Shown here one piece after another: positions 39,296 through 48,863 of a stretch of 64,000 nucleotides of DNA. A model generated the notes under the pieces. The model saw only the letters and a list, made by a program, of their open reading frames with translations, did no database searches and was not told the DNA's origin. The stretch's first letter is position 1, and the number at the start of each line of letters is the position of its first letter. This DNA is from Dehalococcoidia bacterium. GTDB lineage: Bacteria > Chloroflexota > Dehalococcoidia > Tepidiformales > Tepidiformaceae. Position numbers and translations under genes: made by a program. The stretch lies in assembly GCA_963577065.1 (NCBI GenBank), contig CAUYXJ010000002.1:257-64256 (forward strand), in the 5' to 3' direction.

Positions 39296-40368
39296 GCGGT
39301 GGCCTGGAGCCGCTCCGCCTCTTCCGCTGCCGCTACCGCATCGATGATGTCGTCGATGTTGCCATCCAGCCGGTCGGGCACGTTGTGCACGGTCAGCGGG
39401 ATGCGATGGTCGGTGATCCGGTCCTGGGGGAAGTTGTACGTGCGGATCTTCTCGCTGCGGTCGCCGCTCCCGACCTGCGAGCGGCGCTCGGCCGTGAGCT
39501 CGCTCTCGCGCTTCTCTTGTTCGGCGGCAAGCAGCCGAGAGCGCAGGACGGTCATCGCCTTAATGCGGTTCTTCAGCTGCGAGCGTTCATCCTGACAGAT
39601 GGCGACCTGCCCCGAGGGGATGTGCGTGATGCGCACGGCCGTGGCGACCTTGTTCACGTTCTGGCCGCCGGCTCCGGAGGCGTGGAAGATGTCGATGCGC
39701 AGGTCTTTGTCCTCGACTTCGATGTCGACCTCTTCGGCTTCGGGCAGGACCGCGACGGTCGCTGTCGAGGTGTGGATCCGCCCTTGCGCTTCGGTCTCGG
39801 GCACCCGCTGGACGCGATGGACGCCGCTTTCGTACTTCAGCCGCGAGTACGCCTGCTTCCCTTTGACGCTGAAGATCGCCTCTTTGTAGCCGCCCCGCCC
39901 GGTGTCGGAGACGCTGATGATCTCGGTCTTCCAGCCTTGGCGCTCGCCGTAGCGGAAGTAGGCGCGATAGAGCTCCTGCGCGAAGAGGGCAGCCTCCTCG
40001 CCACCGGTGCCGGCACGGATCTCCATGATTACGTTGCGCTCGTCACGGGGGTCTTTGGGCAGGAGTGCCCGCAGGATCTGCTCGTCCAGGGCAGCGAGCT
40101 GTTCCGTCGCGGTGTCGGCTTCCACCTCCGCGAGTTCGCGGATCTCCTCGTCGCCGTCAGCGAGCAGGGCCTGCGCGTCTTCGCGAGCGCTCTCCGCCTC
40201 GGCGTACTCGACGATCAGCTGCACCATCGGCGCGATCTCCGATCGCTCCTTCGCGAGCTGCCCCATCTTGTCGTAATCCGCCGCGACCTCCGGCTCTCCC
40301 ATCTGGTTGGTGATTGCGTCGAAGCGGGTCTGGAGCTCGGTGAGACGGCGGCGGACGGCCTCTTCCAT
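39292..40368 (-). CDS. prfA: peptide chain release factor 1
   Basis: GGQ motif ([11 protein letters not shown]) and RF1-type tripeptide region RVPETE. Confidence 0.95.
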   Translation of the reverse strand: MEEAVRRRLTELQTRFDAITNQMGEPEVAADYDKMGQLAKERSEIAPMVQLIVEYAEAESAREDAQALLADGDEEIRELAEVEADTATEQLAALDEQILRALLPKDPRDERNVIMEIRAGTGGEEAALFAQELYRAYFRYGERQGWKTEIISVSDTGRGGYKEAIFSVKGKQAYSRLKYESGVHRVQRVPETEAQGRIHTSTATVAVLPEAEEVDIEVEDKDLRIDIFHASGAGGQNVNKVATAVRITHIPSGQVAICQDERSQLKNRIKAMTVLRSRLLAAEQEKRESELTAERRSQVGSGDRSEKIRTYNFPQDRITDHRIPLTVHNVPDRLDGNIDDIIDAVAAAEEAERLQATA

Positions 40369-40416
40369 GGAGCTATTGTGCGTCGGGCGGCGTCTTCGTG
40401 CTTAGCTCGACGGCGC

Positions 40417-41703
40417 CTAGGTCGCCTGCTCCCGGGCGCGCGCGGAGACGCGATCGCTGAGGTCGCCGAGAGCGACCTCTTCCTGCGCGCCTTCCCCGCG
40501 CAGGTCTTTCAGCGCCGCCGTCCCCCGCCCCACCTCGTCCTCCCCGATGATGACGGCGAAACGCGCGCCGCTGCCGTTTGCGCGCCGCATCTGCGCCTTG
40601 AAGGACCGTCCCGACTCGCCGACGAGCGTGGCCAGGCCCACTGCCCGCAGACCGCTGGCGGCGCGGATCGCGGCGCGGCCGGCCTCCGCCCCGGCGTGGA
40701 CGACGAACACATCGAGGGCCGCAGGCTCCGGGACGCCCACCTCCTGGCGCTTCATCTCGAGGATGATGCGTTCGAGGCCGGTAGCGAAGCCGACGCCAGG
40801 CGTAGGTGGGCCTCCGATCACTTCGAACAGCCCGTCGTAGCGTCCGCCCCCGCCCATCACCGCCTGGGCCCGCTCGTCGCCTGCTGGAACGAGCTCCCAG
40901 ACGGTTCGGTTGTAGTAGTCGAGGCCGCGCACCAGCAAGGGGTCGAGCTCGTACGGAATCTCCACGGCGCTGAGGGCTTCCTGGACGGACGTGAGGTGGG
41001 CGGCCGCCTCGTCGCTGAGGTCGTCGAGGAGTTTGGGCGCGGACGCCTTGAATGGCTGATCGCGCTCCTCCTTGCTATCGAGGAGGCGCAGCGGATTGCG
41101 TTCGAGCCGGAGCTGGCTCTCGGCGGAAAGCTGGTCGGCGACCGGGCGGTAGTGGGCCTTCAGGCGCTCGACGTAGTCGCTCCGCGGTCCCGGATCGTCG
41201 ATCGAGGCGAGCCGCACGACGATGCCGGTCAGGCCGAGCCGTTCGTAGAGCCGCCACTGCAGCTCGATCAGTTCCGCATCGACGGAAGGATCGGCCGAGC
41301 CGATCGCCTCGCAGTCGAACTGCACGAACTGGCGGTAGCGCCCCTTCTGGGGCCGGTCGTAGCGGAACATGCGATCGCTCGTGAACAGGCGAACGGGTTG
41401 CGGGCGGCTGCCCAGGCCGTGTTCGAGGTAGGCGCGGCAGATGGCGGGCGTCGCTTCGGGCTTGAGGGCGAGGGGTTCGCCGCCGCGGTCCTCGAAGACG
41501 TACATCTCCTTCTCGACGATGTCGGTGGTGTCGCCCGTGCCTTTCTCGAAGAGCGCGGCGTCCTCGAACGTGGGCGTGTCGATGCGGGCGTAGCCGAAGA
41601 GGCGCGTGATCTCGGCGATTGCGTCGTGGATCGCCTGCCAGTAGGGCTGATCCTCGGGGAGGATGTCCTCGGTCCCGCGTGGTGTCTGGAAGCGGCCACT
41701 CAT
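40417..41703 (-). CDS. hisS: histidine--tRNA ligase
   Basis: 428-aa class II aaRS: TPRGTEDILPED, RMFRYDRPQKGRYRQFVQFDCE. Confidence 0.95.
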   Translation of the reverse strand: MSGRFQTPRGTEDILPEDQPYWQAIHDAIAEITRLFGYARIDTPTFEDAALFEKGTGDTTDIVEKEMYVFEDRGGEPLALKPEATPAICRAYLEHGLGSRPQPVRLFTSDRMFRYDRPQKGRYRQFVQFDCEAIGSADPSVDAELIELQWRLYERLGLTGIVVRLASIDDPGPRSDYVERLKAHYRPVADQLSAESQLRLERNPLRLLDSKEERDQPFKASAPKLLDDLSDEAAAHLTSVQEALSAVEIPYELDPLLVRGLDYYNRTVWELVPAGDERAQAVMGGGGRYDGLFEVIGGPPTPGVGFATGLERIILEMKRQEVGVPEPAALDVFVVHAGAEAGRAAIRAASGLRAVGLATLVGESGRSFKAQMRRANGSGARFAVIIGEDEVGRGTAALKDLRGEGAQEEVALGDLSDRVSARAREQAT

Positions 41704-41716
41704 ATGTACCCTCTCG

Positions 41717-41786
41717 GCTTTGCTTTCTCAGCTCTACGTTCTCGGCTCTACGTTCTCGGCTCTACCTTCTAGGCTCTGCCTATCCG
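41717..41786. repeat. ~5 units of a 14-bp tandem repeat in the hisS/relA divergent spacer
   Basis: gctctacgttctcg occurs twice exactly (41731, 41745). Degenerate units are gctttgctttctca, gctctaccttctag and gctctgcctatccg. Confidence 0.85.
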
Positions 41787-41840
41787 GTGAGCTTGGACCC
41801 GATGGTAAAATAGCGGCATAACGCCCCAACGAGAAAGCGC

Positions 41841-44048
41841 CTGACCGCCCTAACGAGTCCTCAAGACCCCCCGGCCATCGCCGCCGTTCTCGAGCGAGCA
41901 AGGAGCTACCTGCCCGCCGAACGCGTCGCGCTAATCAGCGACGCCTACGTCTTCGCCGCGCAGAGCCACCAGGGGCAGGTGCGTCTGACCGGCGATCCGT
42001 ACATCACTCACCCCATCGGGGTGACCGAGCTCGTTACCGACCTCGAACTCGACCAGGCGGCCCTGGCGGCGGCGCTCCTCCACGATGTCCAGGAGGACTG
42101 CGGCGTTCCCAATGCGGTCATCGCCGAACGCTTTGGTGACGATGTCGCCCAGCTCGTCGAGGGCCTCACCAAGCTCGACAGGCTGCCCCTCCACGTCGGC
42201 GAAGAGGACGGTCCCGGTGCGGGCGTCCAGGCGCAGAACCTTCGCAAGATGTTCCTCGCCATGGCCGAAGATGTTCGCGTCGTCCTGATCAAGCTCTGCG
42301 ACCGCCTCCATAACATGCGCACGCTTTGGGCGCTCCCGCCCGACAAGCAACGCCGGATCGCCCACGAAACGATGGAGATTTTCGCGCCGCTTGCGAACCG
42401 CCTTGGCATTTGGCAGATCAAGTGGGAACTCGAAGATCTCGCCTTCCGCTACCTCGAGCCCGAGCGCTACCAGGAGATCGCCGCCCGCCTCGATGCCACG
42501 CGCCCCGCGCGCGAACGCTACATCGAGGACGCGGCCGCGGTGCTGCGGACGGATCTCGCGACCGCAGGCGTGTCAGCCGACGTCACCGGCCGGGCGAAGC
42601 ACATCTACTCCATTCACGACAAGCTCAAACGCTACGGCCGCGAGGCCAAGTCGTTCGATGAGATCCACGACCTCCTTGCGCTCCGTGTCCTCGTGCGCAC
42701 CGTTGCCGATTGCTACGCCGCCCTGGGGGTCGTGCATTCGACCTGGCGTCCGCTCCCAGGCCAGTTCGACGACTACATCGCCAGCCCCAAGGACAGCATG
42801 TACCAGTCGCTCCACACCACGGTCGTTGGCGTTGGGGCACGACCGGTCGAGGTCCAGATTCGGACCTATGAGATGCATCGCATCGCCGAGTACGGCGTCG
42901 CCGCCCACTGGCGCTACAAGGATGGAGGCCAGCGCTCATCGCAGGACGAAGAGCGCATCTCCTGGCTTCGCCAGCTCCTGGAGTGGCAGCGCGAGCTTGC
43001 CGGGGCGGAAGAGTTCGTCGAGACGGTCAAGACCGACGTGTTCAACGACCAGGTCTTTGTGCTCTCGCCAAAGGGCGATGTGCTGGACCTGCCCGCCGAG
43101 GCGACGCCCCTCGATTTCGCCTACCGCATCCACACCGACCTCGGGCATCAGACGATCGGGGCCAAGGTGAACGGGAGGATGGTGGCGCTCAATACCGCGC
43201 TTCACAACGGCGACGTTGTCGAAATCATGCGCAGCCGCGCGCGCAATGGCCCTTCACGGGACTGGCTGAGTGAGAGCCTCGGCTACCTGCGTACTACCAA
43301 CGCTCGCCAAAAGGTGCGGCAGTGGTTTCGCAAGCAGCAGCGCGAGGAGAGCGTCGAGCGTGGTCGGGAGATGGTCGAGCGCGAAATGCGCCGTCTCGCG
43401 ATCAAGCTCGCCGACCACCAAGACGAAGTGCTCGCGCTCTTCCCGGGGAAGAGCTGGGACGATCTCCTTGCGGGGATCGGCTACGGCGATATCGGCATCG
43501 AGTCGTTCACGCACAAGGCGAGCGGGCTCCTTCAGGAGCGCGAGGAGAGTGCGCGGTCGCCGGACGACATCCCGGTCAGCCCCCCCTCGCGCGGGGCCAG
43601 TGACGGCACGGGGCTGCGGGTGTCAGGTCTGAGCGACCTCGAAATCACCCTCGCGCGGTGCTGCAATCCTGTCCCCGGCGACAGCGTCCGCGGCTACGTG
43701 ACGCGCAGCCGCGGTGTCACCGTCCACCGTGCGGATTGCCATAACGTGCTGCATGAGCGGGAGCGGGACCGACTCGTCGATGTCGAGTGGGGCACGACCG
43801 ATGAGCGGCGCTACCCCGCATCGATCCACGTCGAGGCCTGGGACCGGGTCGGGCTCCTGCGCGATATCAGCACGCTCGTGGCCGAAGAGCACGTGAACAT
43901 GGTCGGCGTGAGCACGACCGAGAACGGCGACGGCACCGTCACGGTGCTCGCGACGCTGGAAACGAGCGGCATCGCCCAGATCTCACGTCTGCTCACGCGG
44001 ATGGAGACGATTCGCGGCGTTCGCAACTGCGCCCGCAAGTCTTCCTAG
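41841..44048 (+). CDS. relA: bifunctional (p)ppGpp synthetase/hydrolase RelA/SpoT; the exact start is uncertain
   Basis: HD, synthetase, TGS and ACT domains are present. The canonical-start ORF begins at GTG 41979. The same frame upstream encodes conserved ...LERARSYLPAERVALISDAYVFAAQSHQGQ with no ATG/GTG/TTG back to the TAG at 41811. CTG 41841 follows gagaaag. Confidence 0.9.
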   Translation: MTALTSPQDPPAIAAVLERARSYLPAERVALISDAYVFAAQSHQGQVRLTGDPYITHPIGVTELVTDLELDQAALAAALLHDVQEDCGVPNAVIAERFGDDVAQLVEGLTKLDRLPLHVGEEDGPGAGVQAQNLRKMFLAMAEDVRVVLIKLCDRLHNMRTLWALPPDKQRRIAHETMEIFAPLANRLGIWQIKWELEDLAFRYLEPERYQEIAARLDATRPARERYIEDAAAVLRTDLATAGVSADVTGRAKHIYSIHDKLKRYGREAKSFDEIHDLLALRVLVRTVADCYAALGVVHSTWRPLPGQFDDYIASPKDSMYQSLHTTVVGVGARPVEVQIRTYEMHRIAEYGVAAHWRYKDGGQRSSQDEERISWLRQLLEWQRELAGAEEFVETVKTDVFNDQVFVLSPKGDVLDLPAEATPLDFAYRIHTDLGHQTIGAKVNGRMVALNTALHNGDVVEIMRSRARNGPSRDWLSESLGYLRTTNARQKVRQWFRKQQREESVERGREMVEREMRRLAIKLADHQDEVLALFPGKSWDDLLAGIGYGDIGIESFTHKASGLLQEREESARSPDDIPVSPPSRGASDGTGLRVSGLSDLEITLARCCNPVPGDSVRGYVTRSRGVTVHRADCHNVLHERERDRLVDVEWGTTDERRYPASIHVEAWDRVGLLRDISTLVAEEHVNMVGVSTTENGDGTVTVLATLETSGIAQISRLLTRMETIRGVRNCARKSS

Positions 44049-44131
44049 CCTCGCGATCCGGCCTGCCCTAGCCAGAATGCGGTCGGGGCCGCCTCGGCGC
44101 CCCAGCGACGGCCGCGGGAAGCCGGTCGGGC

Positions 44132-44151
44132 CTAGCGCCGCGCGGCGCTAG
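44132..44151. other. perfect 20-bp palindrome
   Basis: ctagcgccgcgcggcgctag equals its own reverse complement. Lies 84 bp after the relA stop. Confidence 0.85.
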
Positions 44152-44440
44152 CACCCGCGCGACGCAGGCCCTCCGGATGTCGGCCACCCGGACGCGCAGA
44201 TGCCAGCTGCCGGTGTGAGGGAGAGCTCGGTCGCAGGCGGGCACCCAGCCAACCCGCCCCGCCGCTATCGGCGAGCGCCGAGCGAACCACCGCCCCGAAG
44301 AGGATCAGCGCCGCCCCGACCAACAGGGCGTCGAAGATGATCGTAAGAGCGGGGTTCACCATTGCTAGTACATCCGTTCGAGTGGTCAGGGGACCGTACC
44401 GAACGTCTGTTCGGATGTCAACACATATGTTCTGAGGGGC

Positions 44441-44914
44441 TTACTCGACTCGCTCGCGGTACTGGATGGCCTCGCCGACGTGCGCGGCGCTGAGCACCTC
44501 GCTGGTGTCGAAGTCGGCGATCGTGCGGGCGACCTTGAGAACGCGGTGAAAGGCGCGGGCAGAGAGCGCGAGCTGGCGGACGGCAGCGCGCAGGAGCTCT
44601 TCGGCATCACCGGCCAGCCGCGCCTGCGCGTGCTCGCGCACTTCGGCCGGCCCCATTTCCGCGTTCAGTTGGATCCCGGTGCCCGCGAAGCGGTCGCGCT
44701 GGATCGCACGCACGTCCCGAACGCGGGCGGCGACGACGGCCGAAGGCTCCTCGCTCGACAGCGTGGCAAGCTTCTCGTAATCGACGCGGGGCACGTCGAC
44801 AAAGAGGTCGATGCGGTCGAGCACCGGTCCCGAGATCCGGCGTTGGTACCGAGACGCCGCCGACGGCGGGCAGGTGCACTCCCGCGTGGGGTCGCCGCGA
44901 TAGCCGCAGGGGCA
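44441..44914 (-). pseudogene. comM: comM/yifB (Mg-chelatase-like ATPase) C-terminal remnant
   Basis: CPCGYRGDPTRECTCPPSAASRYQRRISGPVLDRIDLFVDVPRV...AFHRVLKVARTIADF matches only the last ~160 aa of ComM. The upstream in-frame sequence (TAPTPAGRRWSPDLHG) is unrelated. The AAA+ core is absent. Confidence 0.75.
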
Positions 44915-44963
44915 CCCGTGCAGGTCAGGACTCCAACGTCGTCCGGCGGGTGTTGGTGCTGTA

Positions 44964-47900
44964 GTGGGTCACGCGGGGGGCCGCGAACGCCACAGCGCGA
45001 ATTCCCCCTGCGCGATCTGCGGTGGGCACGCATCGATGCCTCGTGGTCGGGGTGTGCGCTGCGCTGGGTTCACGCTCGACACGGTCGCGTACTGCACTCG
45101 CGAGGAGCTTGCCGGCCGCCTTGAGCTGGAGCTAACGACTTCGCCCCCGGCGTTCAAGCACCTGCTCCGTGGGGGGTGCCGCTGCGGGCAGGAGCACGGC
45201 GCGGGTCCGCTAGCACCCCTGTCACCGCCAGCGGGGGGGAACGCGGCGTTCGATGGGATGGCGATTGAGACCCGAGACGCGATCTACAGCCGGGCGCTCG
45301 AGCTTCTGACGCTGCGCCCTGAGGGCCTCGCGGACCTCATGCGCCGCGGGCTGAGTAAAGAGGCGATCGAAGCGGGCCGCTTTCGGTCCATCCCGAAGAA
45401 GGGCTCCGAACTCGCGCAGTTCCGCGATCGACTGGTCGCCGAGTTCGGTGAAGCGACATTACGGCGTTGCCCAGGGTTCACCGACAAGAACGGGCGCCTG
45501 ACCTTCTGGGCAGCCGTTGGCAAGCGCGACGGGTATGTCGTGCCCTACCTTGACGAGCAAGGGCGCATCACCGGCCTGCAGGCCCGATTCCTGGACGGCA
45601 AGTACCTGACCGCCCGTGGGGCCAGCCTCGACTCCGTCTACCACGTCTCTGGGGACGGCCAGGCAGGGGCTGACCTGTATCTCACCGAGGGTGGGCTGAA
45701 AGCGACCGTCGCGGCGTCGCTCGGCGGAATCGGGTGCTTCGGCCTTGCTGGCCAGTCTCTCCAGGAGGGCCATGTCCAAGCGCTGCGGCGGCTGAAGCCC
45801 GGCCGCGTAGTCGTTGCCCTCGACCAGGAGGAGAACGCAGGCACTAACCGAGCGCGGGAGCGGATTGAGCGGTCGCTCTGGGAGGCGGGGCTAACGGTCG
45901 CGCGAGCGGTGTGGGAGGGCGAGGACGTCGGTGGCGCCAAGGGCCTCGATGATCTGTTCCAGACGGGCGGGCGGCCGCGCCTCCGCCCAGTGCACTTGGG
46001 GCCCAAGGGTCTCAACCATCGGCGGCTGCCGTATGCGGTCAGCGAGCCTGGGGAGGTCGATTCGGGCGTCGCTCTCGGAATCGTCCGCGAGGAGACGCAG
46101 AAAGCTATCAAGGACTTCTGCAAGCCCGGCACGAACGCGGGTCGGGCGCTGCTGGTGCGGACGCCTCCGGGCGCGGGCAAGACGACCGCGGTTGGGGAGG
46201 CCGTTCGCACGCGGGGCGTCCAGGCGCGTGTTCTAGCGGGCACGAAGAAGCTCGCCCAAGAGCTCGCGGATAAGCACAACTACGTGCTCATCGAGGGGCG
46301 CAATCCGTCGAATTGCCGACGGCACGACGTGGTCAAGGCCCTCGGCGACAACGGTCACGACGTAGAACGCCTCGCCTGTGGGAAGTCGGACGAGCCGCGG
46401 TGCGAGTACCGCGGGTCCTGTGGTTACTGGGAGCAGTTCCACGCCGTGGGGCCGCGGGTGGCATCAGCCGAGCAGCTCTACAACCTCCACTACTTGCAGG
46501 GCGGCAACCTGCTGGTTCTCGATGACGCGGATCTCGTCCGAAGCGTGCTCACACGGTTTCAGGTCTCAACTGAGGCGATCGCATCGGCGGTCGCCCAGCT
46601 CCGAGGCAAGCGGCGGGCACGAGGGACCGCCCTGCTGAAGCTCCTGCAGCACGCGCTGGTGGACGCCCCTGACAGACCGCTGATGGGGGCAGCGGTGTGG
46701 GATCACTTGGCCCGGACGGCCACGCGCTACCACCTCGACCTGTCGGCGTTGATCGAGGACCTACCGGCCCACGGGACGCTTCCTGAGCCCGCTGAGGACG
46801 CGAGCGGGTATCTCAGCGTGGCCACGGTCGAAGCCGTGCCGCCAGCCAGCATCCTGCGGATCTTGGATGCCCTCCGGGAGGAGCTCCCGCACTTCCAGCA
46901 GGGAGGCGACTTCAATTGTCGACTGCGGCTCACAGTGCGCGGGATCGAGGTGCGCGAGCTACGTGAACACATTGCCGGCCGGGACGGCCCGCCAGTTGCA
47001 GCGATGGCGATGCTCATCCTCGACGCGACCCCCGTGGACCCACTGGTGGACCACGTCGCCAAGCTCCACCACCGGCTTCCAGACCTCGCGGGCGACGTGC
47101 CCCTACCGGGGAACGTGCGTGTCGTGCAGTACGCGACGGGAATGAACGGGCATTCGAGCCTGCGCAGCGAGGAAGTGCTGGGCGCCTTGCTCGCTGAGGT
47201 TCAGCGGGAGCGCCTCCGGCACCCGGTGTCATCGCCGGACCGCGAAGCAGCAGTCGTCTTCAAGAGCCACCGGCCCCGGCTACTGGGCGTCGGTTTCGAT
47301 TCGTCGCGCGTCCTGACCTACGGCGGCCTGCGCGGCACCAACGCCCTCGTCGGTGTCGAGCGCCTGCAGGTCATCGGGCGGCCGATGCCCCCCGGAGATG
47401 AGCTCGTCTACCTCGCGCAGGTCATTCACCACGACGATCGGGTGGTATCCCCCGAGATGGTACTGCGCACGCAGCCCTTCGGAGGACAGCGCGCAGCGGT
47501 GGATGTCGTGGACTTCTGCGACGAGCGCGCGTCCACTTTGCTCCGAGCTGGCCGTGACGACGAGCTGACCCAGGTCATTCATCGTGCAAGGCTGCTGGCC
47601 CTCGATCCACAGGCTGCTTTCGATGGGAGCGAGGAGCGTCGACGCGTGAGGCTCGTGCTGCACACAAGCCACCCGATCCCGGGTCTGCGCGTCGACGAGC
47701 TTGTGCTTCCGAAGGGGCTGGACCTGGTTCTGGGGAAAGAAAACGAGCTGCCTATAGACGGAGCGCCTCTGGGGAACATTTCAGAGGCGCCTATAGGTGA
47801 GCGAATTGGACGCGGGGCGGGGACCCCTCGGAGCCAGACTCAAGGCGAGGGTCTGGGGAAAGAAATTGTGGTGCCTAGTAGTAGATCTAAGAAGGGGGAG

Positions 47901-48134
47901 AACTGTCCCCAGGCGAAGGCCGTCACCCCGCTGTTTCCGTCGGAAGACCCACTGGATGAGCCGGGCAAGTCGGCAATCAACGGCCGAGCGGGCCGGGGCC
48001 TGTGCCGCGGCGGGTGTGGGCTATCGGTTCCGGGTGGCGGGAAGTGCGCTGACTGTGCGACAGCGGCAGTGCGGGAGTGGAGAACGCACCGGTCGCGTGG
48101 TCGTCGCCGTGCACGCGGGGTCCCAGGCACATGA
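44964..48134 (+). CDS. replication protein: N-terminal zinc finger, Toprim/DUF3854-like primase domain and P-loop NTPase
   Basis: CAICGG...C finger. YLTEGGLKAT...VVALDQEEN (Toprim-like acidic motifs). Walker A TPPGAGKTTA (about 46164-46187) and Walker B LLVLDDAD. A Cys cluster lies near the C-terminus. Confidence 0.7.
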   Translation: MGHAGGRERHSANSPCAICGGHASMPRGRGVRCAGFTLDTVAYCTREELAGRLELELTTSPPAFKHLLRGGCRCGQEHGAGPLAPLSPPAGGNAAFDGMAIETRDAIYSRALELLTLRPEGLADLMRRGLSKEAIEAGRFRSIPKKGSELAQFRDRLVAEFGEATLRRCPGFTDKNGRLTFWAAVGKRDGYVVPYLDEQGRITGLQARFLDGKYLTARGASLDSVYHVSGDGQAGADLYLTEGGLKATVAASLGGIGCFGLAGQSLQEGHVQALRRLKPGRVVVALDQEENAGTNRARERIERSLWEAGLTVARAVWEGEDVGGAKGLDDLFQTGGRPRLRPVHLGPKGLNHRRLPYAVSEPGEVDSGVALGIVREETQKAIKDFCKPGTNAGRALLVRTPPGAGKTTAVGEAVRTRGVQARVLAGTKKLAQELADKHNYVLIEGRNPSNCRRHDVVKALGDNGHDVERLACGKSDEPRCEYRGSCGYWEQFHAVGPRVASAEQLYNLHYLQGGNLLVLDDADLVRSVLTRFQVSTEAIASAVAQLRGKRRARGTALLKLLQHALVDAPDRPLMGAAVWDHLARTATRYHLDLSALIEDLPAHGTLPEPAEDASGYLSVATVEAVPPASILRILDALREELPHFQQGGDFNCRLRLTVRGIEVRELREHIAGRDGPPVAAMAMLILDATPVDPLVDHVAKLHHRLPDLAGDVPLPGNVRVVQYATGMNGHSSLRSEEVLGALLAEVQRERLRHPVSSPDREAAVVFKSHRPRLLGVGFDSSRVLTYGGLRGTNALVGVERLQVIGRPMPPGDELVYLAQVIHHDDRVVSPEMVLRTQPFGGQRAAVDVVDFCDERASTLLRAGRDDELTQVIHRARLLALDPQAAFDGSEERRRVRLVLHTSHPIPGLRVDELVLPKGLDLVLGKENELPIDGAPLGNISEAPIGERIGRGAGTPRSQTQGEGLGKEIVVPSSRSKKGENCPQAKAVTPLFPSEDPLDEPGKSAINGRAGRGLCRGGCGLSVPGGGKCADCATAAVREWRTHRSRGRRRARGVPGT

Positions 48135-48274
48135 GCTCTAGCTCGACCACAGAGCTCCTGGTAGTGCGCTGCCCGTATTGCCACCGCCTCGCTGCCAAGG
48201 CGTCTCCGGGAGCAAGACTCGAGGTGAAGTGCGCGAGGTGTGGGGCGCTGTTCGAGACCGACCTCGGTCGCTAG
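48131..48274 (+). CDS. Mu Com-like zinc-ribbon protein
   Basis: ATG 48131 overlaps the upstream stop (ATGA). LLVVRCPYCHRLAAKASPGARLEVKCARCGALFE matches the Com pattern RCxxC...(I/V)KCxRC. Confidence 0.6.
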   Translation: MSSSSTTELLVVRCPYCHRLAAKASPGARLEVKCARCGALFETDLGR

Positions 48275-48286
48275 GCCGAGCCGTCG

Positions 48287-48312
48287 CCCACACGATGACC
48301 TCATCGTGTGGG
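48287..48312. terminator. 12-bp perfect stem-loop after the Com-like gene
   Basis: cccacacgatga-cc-tcatcgtgtggg. No U-tract follows, so terminator function is tentative. Confidence 0.4.
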
Positions 48313-48424
48313 ACACCTGTGGGGCACGAATATTCCATCCGGCCTAATGCGCACAGGGTTTTGCCGCCCCACGACACCTGTGGTGTTACAAAACTCCATC
48401 GGGGGTTGTTTGACGCCGACGAAG

Positions 48425-48535
48425 ACCTCCGCCGGAAAACACCTCAAGGAGCAACTCGCCACCGGGCGCGTCATCGCCGCCGGCGCGTTCGTGCCGTTCG
48501 TGGCGAGGTTGGCGGAAGAGGCCGGCTACGACGCC
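48425..48535 (+). pseudogene. short remnant resembling the N-terminus of a PEP mutase/isocitrate-lyase family enzyme
   Basis: TSAGKHLKEQLATGRVIAAGAFVPFVARLAEEAGYDA resembles the conserved N-terminal strand-helix of that family. Similarity stops abruptly afterwards. Confidence 0.35.
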
Positions 48536-48863
48536 CGCGAGCGGCCCAGGCGGCCGTGCGCGAGGTCCAGGAGGATGGCGAAGCGCCCTCCTCCTTGGTG
48601 CGGGCTTCAGCGTAATGGAACGCCGCTCCTCCGAACTGCATGACTCGGGTGGTTTCAAAGAGGTAGAGCCACAGCAGCTCCCCCAGCAACCCTGATCGTG
48701 TGCTCCGAGGAGTTCAGGGTGGGGCGAGGGCTCGCCCGCTGATCTACTTCTAGTCCCGCTCCGCGAGGGCTGCGCGTAGAAGACGACGCCCTAGCTCGTT
48801 GATGTGCAGTGCCCTGCGCTGCGGTCAACCCGATGTACCCGAAGCACGAAGCCTAGGGCGAAA

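Noticed and set aside
44132-44362. 76-aa minus-strand ORF beginning with a hydrophobic helix (MVNPALTIIFDALLVGAALILFGAVV)
   Set aside because: After the helix, the sequence is Arg/Pro/Ala-rich and looks non-coding. The ORF end coincides with a 20-bp palindrome. There is too little evidence to call a gene.
48471-48689. Minus-strand ORF (…VMQFGGAAFHYAEA…) as an inverted second fragment of the PEP-mutase-like gene
   Set aside because: Similarity to the GAAG.H.ED motif is too weak: no EDQ. It may be chance, and only the plus-strand N-terminal scrap is reported, at low confidence.
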